The translations under genes were made by a program, and so were the position numbers. Under the pieces are notes generated by a model. That model was not told the origin of the DNA and searched no databases. It saw only the letters and a program-made list of their open reading frames with translations. From positions 1-59,112 of IMG/VR virus record IMGVR_UViG_3300022923_000017: a stretch of DNA of 59,112 bases. One strand, 5' to 3'. This document shows, piece after piece, positions 27,681 through 36,056 of the stretch; position 1 is the first letter of the stretch; each line of letters begins with the position of its first letter. This stretch comes from a virus (lineage: Duplodnaviria; Caudoviricetes).

Positions 27681-27704
27681 TAGATTTGTATAAATAATTT
27701 TATA

Positions 27705-27821
27705 ATGAAGAAAGTAAGTAGAACAAAATCAGACATCGCTTTAGATGTTATTTACTGGACAGCCGCAGCCATCGTGTTTGCGATGCTAGTAACTACACTT
27801 TATATGATGATGAAATTTTAA
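27705..27821 (+). CDS. small single-TM protein (38 aa)
   Basis: TATAAATA at 27689; MKKVSRTKSDIALDVIYWTAAAIVFAMLVTTLYMMMKF. Confidence 0.45.
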   Translation: MKKVSRTKSDIALDVIYWTAAAIVFAMLVTTLYMMMKF

Positions 27822-27896
27822 TGCGAAGTAACTCAGCGGTAGAGTAGAGCACTGTTAATGCTTTTGTCGTAGGTTCGATCCCTACCTTCGCAGCCA
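27822..27896 (+). tRNA. tRNA-Asn(GTT)
   Basis: Acceptor TGCGAAG/CTTCGCA, anticodon loop CTGTTAA, GGTTCGATCC, encoded CCA. Confidence 0.92.
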
Positions 27897-27995
27897 GATT
27901 TAATCTACATATCAAAACACCAAAGTGATATGTAGATTGAAACAAACAGTTTCCAAAATGGAAACACCTCAATAACAACACACACACAAAAAACA

Positions 27996-28250
27996 ATGAG
28001 CACAAATAAATCAATGAACGCATACGAGATTCGTCTCAAAATCCTACAAGAAGCACTGTCTTCAGCATCCGATAAGTGGTACTCTGAAAAAGAAGTACTC
28101 TTCGAAGAGTGGAACAACAAGCGGCATGCATGTGGTGAAGACACTGTTGCCCTATCTGCACTCGATACACCGACACTCCCGTCATGGGATCGAGAAGTTG
28201 AAGCGATCCGAATCGCGAAGAAGCTATACGCTTTCGTAGAAGGCGAATAA
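27996..28250 (+). CDS. hypothetical protein
   Basis: NAYEIRLKILQEA...IAKKLYAFV pattern. Confidence 0.6.
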   Translation: MSTNKSMNAYEIRLKILQEALSSASDKWYSEKEVLFEEWNNKRHACGEDTVALSALDTPTLPSWDREVEAIRIAKKLYAFVEGE

Positions 28251-28343
28251 GTCTAAGAACCTGAGTTTGTAATTCCTCTGCGAATGCGGAGGTTGATAAT
28301 GAGGATAAGGATTGCGTTTAGCGGTCGACTCCCTCACACCTTT

Positions 28344-28420
28344 GGACGCATAGCTTAATTGGTTAAAGCAGCGGATTCATAATCCGTTGAGTCTGGGTTC
28401 AAGTCCCAGTGGGTCCACCA
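28344..28420 (+). tRNA. tRNA with CAT anticodon (probably Ile2, possibly Met)
   Basis: Cloverleaf, loop TTCATAA, paired G1-C72 (so not initiator), C4-G69, encoded CCA; G5:G68 mismatch. Confidence 0.88.
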
Positions 28421-28428
28421 CTTTATTA

Positions 28429-28457
28429 TTTACAATCAATAACACATATGGTATAAT
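28429..28457 (+). promoter_or_regulatory. early-type promoter
   Basis: TTTACA-17-TATAAT, ATG 6 nt downstream. Confidence 0.75.
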
Positions 28458-28463
28458 TACATT

Positions 28464-28724
28464 ATGCAAACAGTAAAACACACATACCGAGAAATGCTTA
28501 CTTATACTCGTGACGAATACACTACGCGCGATAGGTCTATTAACGTAGATACTAATAAAGAAACTAAAGACGTAACAGTCGAAGTCACTCTTTTTAGTCC
28601 AATCGCAGATCGTGTATTCGATCGCCTCGACGATGAAAGCCGAACTGGTTGGGCTGAAGCTTTCTTTGACGGAAAAAACGCACCAATCATTCCGAGCTAC
28701 ACGCTTTTGCGTAAAGGACATTAA
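28464..28724 (+). CDS. hypothetical protein
   Basis: ORF directly under promoter, between tRNAs. Confidence 0.6.
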   Translation: MQTVKHTYREMLTYTRDEYTTRDRSINVDTNKETKDVTVEVTLFSPIADRVFDRLDDESRTGWAEAFFDGKNAPIIPSYTLLRKGH

Positions 28725-28730
28725 TTGAAT

Positions 28731-28807
28731 GCTCCGATAGCTCAGTTGGATAGAGCAACGGTTTTCTAAACCGTGGGCCGCAGGTTCAAGTCCTGCTCGG
28801 AGTACCA
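28731..28807 (+). tRNA. tRNA-Arg(TCT)
   Basis: Acceptor GCTCCGA/TCGGAGT, loop TTTCTAA, GGTTCAAGTCC, encoded CCA. Confidence 0.93.
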
Positions 28808-28814
28808 TTTTCAT

Positions 28815-28882
28815 GGGGGTGTAATGGATTCGATCTCAGTTTCGGCTGAGACACGGAGGTTCAATTCCTCCCACCTCCACCA
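28815..28882 (+). ncRNA. minimal tmRNA-like RNA (tRNA-like domain only)
   Basis: GGGGGTG/CACCTCC-ACCA acceptor with G3:U70; stemless D-loop TAATGGATTCGA; 7-bp UUCG-capped helix; T-arm GGAGG-TTCAATT-CCTCC. Confidence 0.8.
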
Positions 28883-28890
28883 TTTTAATA

Positions 28891-28919
28891 TGTACAATTA
28901 GTGACATATAGGTTATAAT
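28891..28919 (+). promoter_or_regulatory. early-type promoter for gp42
   Basis: TGTACA-17-TATAAT, ATG 6 nt downstream. Confidence 0.7.
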
Positions 28920-28925
28920 TATATT

Positions 28926-29672
28926 ATGCAAAATACAGTTAAAGACATACAAGATTTTTTCATCCGCAAACGCCGAAATGAAGAATACGTTGAAGACAAG
29001 ACAGGTGTAAAAACCATTGAAATTATTAATGCAAGTTTCATCGCGAATGAACCTACTATCTTTGGTAAAATCAATCTAGATTATGTTCAACGCGAACTAG
29101 ATTGGTATCTTTCTAAATCGTTAAACGTAAACGATATTCCAGGTGAAACACCACAGATTTGGAGTATGATCTCTGATGATAACGGTATGATCCATTCTAA
29201 CTATGGATACCTTACTCTTTCAGAAGAGAATCATAATCAATTCAAAAACTGTGTCGCAGAACTTAAGAAGAATCCAAATTCTCGCCGTGCAGTTATGATT
29301 TATACACGTCCAACTATTTGGAACGAGTATAACACAGATGGTATGTCTGATTTCATATGTACAAACGCAGTTCAGTATCTTATCCGCAATGGTAAACTTG
29401 ACGTAGTTGTTCAAATGCGATCGAATGATGTTGTCTTTGGTTATCGTAATGACTTTGCATGGCAAGAACATATCGCTAATATGGTGTGTACTAAACTTGG
29501 CATTAAGCTTGGTAACATCCACTGGAATGTTGGATCGATGCATGTGTATGAACGTCACTTTAAATTCATTGATGCAGAGATCGAAAGACAAAATCATATT
29601 TCTGATCTAGAATATGAAGAATACACCGCAATGTCCGAATGGGCCCACCAAGTGAGTAAGTTTTATGATTAA
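28926..29672 (+). CDS. gp42: dCMP hydroxymethyltransferase
   Basis: GMSDFICTNAVQYLIR, MRSNDVVFGYRNDFAWQ (Asp specificity residue for dCMP), SMHVYERHF; closely resembles T4 gp42. Confidence 0.9.
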   Translation: MQNTVKDIQDFFIRKRRNEEYVEDKTGVKTIEIINASFIANEPTIFGKINLDYVQRELDWYLSKSLNVNDIPGETPQIWSMISDDNGMIHSNYGYLTLSEENHNQFKNCVAELKKNPNSRRAVMIYTRPTIWNEYNTDGMSDFICTNAVQYLIRNGKLDVVVQMRSNDVVFGYRNDFAWQEHIANMVCTKLGIKLGNIHWNVGSMHVYERHFKFIDAEIERQNHISDLEYEEYTAMSEWAHQVSKFYD

Positions 29673-30108
29673 CATGGAATTTAACGCAGCTGACTTAGAC
29701 ACATCTGTATTGCTTTCTCGAGCTAAAGAAGAGTCTGAACAAATGTTTTCAAAAGAGTCTACTCGTCGAGGAAGATCACTTCAGAAGATCATTGAAACAG
29801 CACTATATGGCCATGCAGCTGAGTTATACCTCATTGAGAAATGTCAATTCAAAGATGATCCTCGAAAGTATAAAGATCTCTTTGACACTGAAGGAAACTC
29901 AGTAGAGGTCAAAGTTACAGAAGGAGATTATTACGTTCCTTATGTTTTAGATAGGGCAACTAAAGCAAAACTAGAAACATGGAGAGGTTTCCCTGATATC
30001 CTATATGTCTTTATCGGCGATAAGATCACCGCTGACTATAGCCTTTATGGAATATATAAGTGGAGTGAGAATAAATTTGTTTTACAAGAGTCACCAACTA
30101 TGGTATAA
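29665..30108 (+). CDS. DenB (endonuclease IV)-like PD-(D/E)XK nuclease
   Basis: IIE...AELYL, DDPRKYKD, GNSVEVK resemble recalled T4 DenB VIE...AEFFV, DDPYTYAWD, GLRVEVK. Confidence 0.6.
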   Translation: MINMEFNAADLDTSVLLSRAKEESEQMFSKESTRRGRSLQKIIETALYGHAAELYLIEKCQFKDDPRKYKDLFDTEGNSVEVKVTEGDYYVPYVLDRATKAKLETWRGFPDILYVFIGDKITADYSLYGIYKWSENKFVLQESPTMV

Positions 30109-30109
30109 T
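30081..30109 (+). promoter_or_regulatory. early-type promoter
   Basis: TTTACA-17-TATAAT, ATG 6 nt downstream. Confidence 0.75.
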
Positions 30110-30115
30110 AACAGT

Positions 30116-30463
30116 ATGAAAGAATCAATTAAAGTATTAGAAGAATGCGCCGAACTACAGGCAAAGAAAAGCACGGATTACCAGAATCCGAATAGCCGCA
30201 TTAAACAAGCAGACTATTACCCACGTGGGATTGCGTCTATCCTTGACATTATTTATGCCAAGACTCTTCGGATGTATTCTGTAATTGAAGCAATGGAAAG
30301 TGATCCGAATTATAAGCAAAACTTTGAATCGGTTGAAGATTCGGGTAAAGATCTTATTAACTACGCGTCGTTTCTTGTTTCATATTTGCGGAATGGAATT
30401 GATGGTCAAGATCCTGAACGCGACTTCCTTAATCGCAAAGAGCATACCGATGACAACACGTAA
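30116..30463 (+). CDS. nucleotide-modification-associated all-alpha protein (DUF1599/Nmad1-like)
   Basis: KKSTDY, K..R, ESVEDSGKDLINYA. Confidence 0.7.
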   Translation: MKESIKVLEECAELQAKKSTDYQNPNSRIKQADYYPRGIASILDIIYAKTLRMYSVIEAMESDPNYKQNFESVEDSGKDLINYASFLVSYLRNGIDGQDPERDFLNRKEHTDDNT

Positions 30464-30890
30464 ATGGCATAAACGCTATATCGAGTTAGCTCGTACTATT
30501 GCCCAGTGGTCGCGTGATCCTTCAACACAATGTGGTGCAGTAATTATTGGTCAATCTGGTCAAGTTCTATCTCAAGGTTATAATGGCTTCCCTCGAGGTA
30601 TGAGTGACGATGAAGAACTCTATAATGACCGCAATTCAAAGTATAGTCGCATTGTTCATGCCGAGATGAATGCGATCTATAACGCATCTCGTACTGGAGT
30701 ATCTTTAGAAGGTGCAACAGCATACATCCACGGACTTCCATGCTGCCATGAATGTGCTAAAGCTTTAATCCAAGTTGGAATTAAAGAAGTAATTATGAGC
30801 GAGTCGAACAATATTCGATGGAATAATTCATGCGGAATGGGAACAGGCTTCCTTGAAGAAGCAGGCGTAAAAGTCACGTACATAAAATAA
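30450..30890 (+). CDS. cd: dCMP deaminase
   Basis: SRDPSTQCGA, GYNG, HAEMNA, PCCHECAK. Confidence 0.9.
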   Translation: MTTRKWHKRYIELARTIAQWSRDPSTQCGAVIIGQSGQVLSQGYNGFPRGMSDDEELYNDRNSKYSRIVHAEMNAIYNASRTGVSLEGATAYIHGLPCCHECAKALIQVGIKEVIMSESNNIRWNNSCGMGTGFLEEAGVKVTYIK

Positions 30891-30904
30891 CAATAAATAA
30901 ATCT

Positions 30905-32116
30905 ATGAAGAATATAGCAATAATCATGGGCCGCGGCATCGAAGGATGCGGAGTAACAAAATTCACAGTAGAACAGTGCAAGTACTACGAACGTAATGGG
31001 TACGACTATAAAGTCTTTGCATCTAAAGACAAATCTTGGACGCGCAAAAACTCGCATAAGACAGATAACATCCAACAACTCAAATTCGCAAAAAGTGATG
31101 AAGTGGATGCGATGATCAAGTGTATCAATAAATCTGATATAGCTATCATCAACTCTTTGCCTGCTCTAAGTTTAAAAGAAGAAGCAATTCAAAACTTTAA
31201 ACGTATGTTAAGCGAAATCGAAGTACCTGTTGCGCTTATTCAACATGATCATGCCATGCAATCCATCCGTCGCAATGGAGCACTGGATGAAGCGATCAAA
31301 AAGGCAAACATCATATTTGTTCATTCAACAACTAATGATTTTGCAAAATATGCAAAAGAAAAGGTAGGGCCAAAGGTAGATTTGTTTGGTGCTGAAGAAG
31401 GTACTCCTATCGTTGCGTTTCAACCAGGTATGTTCTTCGATGAAGTAAAGTCAAAGTATTGGAAAACAAAGATTGGCGTTCAGGACGTAATGCATCACAA
31501 ATGGATTGGTAGAACTACATCTTGGAAGGGGTATAAAGAAATGTTTGCTTTTCATAATGCTTATTTGAAGCAAAACGATATGCTAACAACTTACGAAGGC
31601 ATCGAACGTTCACCTGCATTTTTAGGATTTAGAGAACTTTCAGAATTTAATAATTTACTCGCTGAAGATCCTAATGAATACGATTTAAACGATGGCTATG
31701 GCAGTGATGTTCATGTCTTTGGACCATATGTTCAAGAAGAAATGCTTGAACGAATGTCTAAAGTAGGATTTGGTTATCAACTTTCAAGAATGAAAGAACA
31801 TTTTATTCAGCGATCAATTGAATACACTCATTGCGAAGTTGCATGTACTGGCACAATTCCTGTTTTTAATAAAAAGTATGGTGACGCATGTACTCACCGC
31901 CACTATGGAAAAAAGTTTACTGAGTGTGAAAATACTGGAACGGTATGGTTTGATGAACACAATTTTGATAGTACGTTTAACATGATATTAGATCTATTTG
32001 ATCATCCCGAAAAACGACAAAAAATGAGAAACGATGCATATGAGTTTTATAAACTTCATCAAGACGCATCATACACCTTTAAAGAACTAATGGAAAACAT
32101 ACAAAATGTCATATAA
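30905..32116 (+). CDS. agt: DNA alpha-glucosyltransferase-like
   Basis: RGIEGCGVTKF, QHDH, WIGRTTSWKG, EGIERSPAF, EYTHCEVACTGTIPVF all match T4 a-gt pattern. Confidence 0.88.
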   Translation: MKNIAIIMGRGIEGCGVTKFTVEQCKYYERNGYDYKVFASKDKSWTRKNSHKTDNIQQLKFAKSDEVDAMIKCINKSDIAIINSLPALSLKEEAIQNFKRMLSEIEVPVALIQHDHAMQSIRRNGALDEAIKKANIIFVHSTTNDFAKYAKEKVGPKVDLFGAEEGTPIVAFQPGMFFDEVKSKYWKTKIGVQDVMHHKWIGRTTSWKGYKEMFAFHNAYLKQNDMLTTYEGIERSPAFLGFRELSEFNNLLAEDPNEYDLNDGYGSDVHVFGPYVQEEMLERMSKVGFGYQLSRMKEHFIQRSIEYTHCEVACTGTIPVFNKKYGDACTHRHYGKKFTECENTGTVWFDEHNFDSTFNMILDLFDHPEKRQKMRNDAYEFYKLHQDASYTFKELMENIQNVI

Positions 32117-33296
32117 CTACGCATCAATCGTACCACTTATTGGTGGTGAAACAATCGCAATGGAAAACGTCTTTGGAAAAAGACCTGAGTACATCTTATC
32201 ATATACACCATTTGCGGCGAATGATTCGCAAATATTAGAACACTACAAAAACGAAGTACCATACCATGTCATCGACGAAGGTACTGGTAGAACTGATTAT
32301 GTTGATGTGGTAAATGCGGTTTGTCCTTGTGCAGGATTGTCTTCGCTAAGTCCATCATCTTCATCTGACAATAAAGCAAATGATTGGATGGTCGAATCCG
32401 CAAAATACGTTTTAGGTGAAGTGAAACCAAAGGTCTTTTGGGGCGAAAACGCGCCACGATTAGCATCAAAGATGGGAGCACCAATCGTTAAAGAACTAAG
32501 GAAGGTTGCAAAGGAAAATGGTTATACAATGTCGCTCTATAAGACTAAATCTAAACTTCATGGTTTAAGTCAAACCCGCGATCGATCTTTTTACTTCTTT
32601 TGGAAAGGTGATGAAATACCTCACATGAATTTTTATCGTCGACCTCACGAAAAGATCGAGGACACTATTCGAAACGCGTTTGTAAGTGAAGATGATCCAA
32701 TGAACGAGCTTACAAACAAGAACAAACCCAGTGATAACCCATTCTATAAGTATATACTTGAAGAGCTCGAAGGTGGTATTACACACAAGGAGTTTCAAAA
32801 CAAAATCGAGAAAACTATAAACCCTTTAGACTATTTGGAAAACCGTGGTATTGAATATGACGAAGTTTCTGAATGGATGACGGCAAATGGATTTGACAAG
32901 CAAGCTAAACGCTGTTTGGAGATCCATAAGAAACTCAAATCAGGCGGCAATATCATGAGGAAGACTACTGAAATTCCTAAGGATTATATCGGTGCATTTG
33001 TAGGTCACATGCCTACATGTCTAACACACCCTGACGAAGACCGTTATCTTACCATCCGCGAATGTATGGCTATCATGAAATTACCATCTGACTTTCAGTT
33101 GCAGGGCGGTAGAAAAAACTTAAATATGATTTGTCAAAATGTCCCAGTGACAACTGCAGAAGATATGGCACAAAATATTCTTGATTGGTTAAATGGAAAA
33201 TTGGATACAAGGCAAGCAGAATTTGCAGTCTTTGACAATAAGACATCTACAGTACAGTACGAAGACGTACCTCAAACCCTTGAATCATTCATTTAA
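32106..33296 (+). CDS. C5-cytosine methyltransferase-like protein with atypical motifs I and X
   Basis: PCAGLS (IV), ENAPRL (VI), QTRDR (VIII), RYLTIREC (IX). Confidence 0.8.
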   Translation: MSYNYASIVPLIGGETIAMENVFGKRPEYILSYTPFAANDSQILEHYKNEVPYHVIDEGTGRTDYVDVVNAVCPCAGLSSLSPSSSSDNKANDWMVESAKYVLGEVKPKVFWGENAPRLASKMGAPIVKELRKVAKENGYTMSLYKTKSKLHGLSQTRDRSFYFFWKGDEIPHMNFYRRPHEKIEDTIRNAFVSEDDPMNELTNKNKPSDNPFYKYILEELEGGITHKEFQNKIEKTINPLDYLENRGIEYDEVSEWMTANGFDKQAKRCLEIHKKLKSGGNIMRKTTEIPKDYIGAFVGHMPTCLTHPDEDRYLTIRECMAIMKLPSDFQLQGGRKNLNMICQNVPVTTAEDMAQNILDWLNGKLDTRQAEFAVFDNKTSTVQYEDVPQTLESFI

Positions 33297-33299
33297 GGG

Positions 33300-33328
33300 T
33301 TTACAAATGACCATTATTATTATATAAT
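33300..33328 (+). promoter_or_regulatory. early-type promoter for uvsX
   Basis: GTTTACA-17-TATAAT. Confidence 0.75.
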
Positions 33329-33357
33329 ATAGCTACAATCAAATAAAGAAAACATAT

Positions 33358-34422
33358 ATGTCACTACTAGAAAAACTAAAAAAATCAAGCCGCACCGCCG
33401 GTGCCGATATCCTATCAGAATCAAAGTTCTTTTCCGAAAAGGAAATGACTACAACATCGGTGCCGATGATTAACGTCGCACTCTCTGGTTCCACTCAAGG
33501 TGGTATCTCTTCAGGTCTAACAGTCCTCGCTGGTCCAAGTAAGCACTTCAAAACATCATTCGCCCTTCTGATGGCAGGTGCTTATATGAAGAAGCATAAG
33601 GATGCTGTCCTCATGTTCTATGATTCGGAGTTTGGTTCACCTCAATCTTACTTTGAGAGTTTCGGTATTGACACATCTCGTGTACTACATACACCTGTTA
33701 CCAATATTGAAGAACTCAAGTTTGATCTTGTTCATCAGCTTACTGAAATTGATCGTAAGGATAGAGTGATGGTGGTGATTGATTCTATTGGTAATATTGC
33801 ATCGAAGAAAGAAATTGATGATGCTGAGAATATGAAATCAGTTGCTGATATGACTCGAGCAAAAGCTCTTAAAGGTCTATTCAGAATGATTACACCATTC
33901 TTGACACTTAAAGATATTCCTCTTCTTGCTGTTAATCATACGTATCAAACACAGGAGATGTTCTCAAAGGCAGTAGTTTCTGGTGGCACAGGTGTTATGT
34001 ACAGTGCAAATGATGTGTGGATTATTGGCCGTCGTCAAGAAAAGACTGGTACTGAAATCTCAGGTTACCACTTCATTATTAATATCGAAAAGTCTCGCTT
34101 TGTGAAGGAGAAGTCTAAGATCCCAATTAGTGTAAGTTGGGACGGAGGTATTGAGAAGTGGTCAGGTCTATTAGATCTTGCTCTTGAAACAGGTTATGTC
34201 GTTAAACCTAAGAATGGTTGGTATATGGCAATGAATCCTGCAACAAAAGAAGAGTTGAGTGGAAACCTTCGAGCTGCACAAACAATGACTGAAGAATTCT
34301 GGACAAAGATCTTTAATTCTACAGACTTTGAAACTGCTATTGAAAAACGATATAAGGTTGCTCATGGCGCAATGCTTGAAGAGCTTCGGCTTGAAACTGA
34401 ACCATCGATTGAAGATGAGTAA
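33358..34422 (+). CDS. uvsX: RecA-like recombinase UvsX
   Basis: AGPSKHFKT, YDSEFG, IDSIGN, DMTRAK, VSGGTG, KSRFVKEK. Confidence 0.96.
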   Translation: MSLLEKLKKSSRTAGADILSESKFFSEKEMTTTSVPMINVALSGSTQGGISSGLTVLAGPSKHFKTSFALLMAGAYMKKHKDAVLMFYDSEFGSPQSYFESFGIDTSRVLHTPVTNIEELKFDLVHQLTEIDRKDRVMVVIDSIGNIASKKEIDDAENMKSVADMTRAKALKGLFRMITPFLTLKDIPLLAVNHTYQTQEMFSKAVVSGGTGVMYSANDVWIIGRRQEKTGTEISGYHFIINIEKSRFVKEKSKIPISVSWDGGIEKWSGLLDLALETGYVVKPKNGWYMAMNPATKEELSGNLRAAQTMTEEFWTKIFNSTDFETAIEKRYKVAHGAMLEELRLETEPSIEDE

Positions 34423-34735
34423 AGAATATACTTTTGTTGAAAAGGTAGACTCAGAGCTGTATTCTATTAAGATCTTAGAAGGTCTTTATGCAAATATAAT
34501 CTATACATACGGTAAAGTTACTATCGAAGAAGATGTTGAAAATGACTTAGCCCGTATACTTTTCGATTTCGTAATTGAAAGAGCAATAGATCCATATACT
34601 GCAGAAGAGTTAGAATCGAGCGACGAGTTCAGAAACTACATTGGAAATATCTTAACAGAAATCTTAAATAATCAGGACGCACAAATCGGAAATGCCACAA
34701 AATCTACAGACGATAATACTCAAGACACTGACTAA
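34415..34735 (+). CDS. conserved protein at the gp40 position
   Basis: Between uvsX and gp41; synteny only. Confidence 0.55.
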   Translation: MSKEYTFVEKVDSELYSIKILEGLYANIIYTYGKVTIEEDVENDLARILFDFVIERAIDPYTAEELESSDEFRNYIGNILTEILNNQDAQIGNATKSTDDNTQDTD

Positions 34736-36056
34736 TGATGAAGGCTTTTGCAGAAAAGTTATTCCTCATATTAAAGGCGAATACTTCGAAGAACAACATC
34801 AAGCGGTATATGACTTATTCTTAAGATTCATAACTAAGTATAATAAGCTTCCAACCCCAGCAGTACTTGAAGTTGAGTTCCAAAGCTCTGAGTATGTTAA
34901 TCGCCCAATCGCGAATGACACACTCTCACTAATTAAAGAGCTGCGTAACGAGAACGAGGTCGATGTTGAATGGTTATTAGAATCGACTGAAACATGGTGC
35001 AAAGATCGATCTGTCTATCTCGGACTAATGGAAGCAATTTCTATTATTGATGGCAAATCTGAGAAGGCAGAAGGAGCAATTCCTGATATCTTAACTAAAG
35101 CACTATCAGTCAACTTCGATACTAATGTTGGCCACGACTACTTAGATAATGCTGAATCGCGATATGACTTTTATCATCTTAAAGAAGATAAGACTCCATT
35201 CGATTTAGAGATGCTAAACACTATCACAGCAGGTGGTGTTCCACGTAAGTCATTGAATATTGTACTTGCTGGTACAGGTGTTGGAAAATCTTTGGCGATG
35301 TGTCACTTTGCATCTGATGCCTTATCACAAGGTAAGAATGTGTTATACATTACAATGGAAATGGCAGAAGAGAAGATTGCTGAACGCATCGATGCAAACC
35401 TATTTGATGTTGATATCGCTACGCTTAAAGATCTTAATAAGTCTACATTCGTCAACAAGGTAAAACATATCAACGATAAGACACAAGGTAAGTTAATCAT
35501 TAAAGAGTATCCAACTGCATCTGCCCACGTAGGTCATTTTCGTGCACTCTTAAATGAACTGAAGATGAAGAAGAAGTTTACTCCTGATGTCATCTATATC
35601 GATTACCTTAACATCTGTGCAAGCTCACGCATGAAAGGTCTCGGAGGTTCTATCAATACTTACTCTTATATCAAAGCAATTGCTGAAGAGATCCGCGGTT
35701 TGGCTGTCGAGTTCAATGTTCCTATTTGGTCTGCGACACAATCAACTCGTACTGGATTCGGTAATACCGATGTTGAGATTACCGATACATCTGAGAGTTT
35801 TGGTTTGCCAGCAACATGTGATCTTATGATTGCTCTTATATCAACTGAACAACTTGAAGCAGCAAATCAAGTAATGATAAAGCAATTGAAGAATCGATAT
35901 AATGACATCTCTCAACACAAAAGGTTTTGTGTAGGTATTGATCGATCGAAGATGAGATTATACGATGTTGAAGCTTCTGCTCAGACATTGTCAAGTGATG
36001 AAATAACATCTGCACCATCGACACCTAATAAGGACTTCAGCGCGTTTAAGATATAA
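34692..36056 (+). CDS. gp41: replicative helicase
   Basis: AGTGVGKS, YITMEMAEE, IDYLNIC, SESFGLP, KQLKNRY. Confidence 0.96.
   Translation: MPQNLQTIILKTLTNDEGFCRKVIPHIKGEYFEEQHQAVYDLFLRFITKYNKLPTPAVLEVEFQSSEYVNRPIANDTLSLIKELRNENEVDVEWLLESTETWCKDRSVYLGLMEAISIIDGKSEKAEGAIPDILTKALSVNFDTNVGHDYLDNAESRYDFYHLKEDKTPFDLEMLNTITAGGVPRKSLNIVLAGTGVGKSLAMCHFASDALSQGKNVLYITMEMAEEKIAERIDANLFDVDIATLKDLNKSTFVNKVKHINDKTQGKLIIKEYPTASAHVGHFRALLNELKMKKKFTPDVIYIDYLNICASSRMKGLGGSINTYSYIKAIAEEIRGLAVEFNVPIWSATQSTRTGFGNTDVEITDTSESFGLPATCDLMIALISTEQLEAANQVMIKQLKNRYNDISQHKRFCVGIDRSKMRLYDVEASAQTLSSDEITSAPSTPNKDFSAFKI

Noticed and set aside
28255-28343. Extra tRNA or pseudo-tRNA before tRNA-CAT
   Set aside because: Only a hairpin (28275-28292) and a short TGAGG/CCTCA pairing; no T-arm or CCA
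28815-28882. Ordinary tRNA-Ala
   Set aside because: No D-stem and no 7-nt anticodon loop; ends fit the tmRNA tRNA-like domain instead
28926-29672. Thymidylate synthase ThyA
   Set aside because: Has the gp42-type DFICT and RND motifs rather than the ThyA PCH and Asn specificity residue
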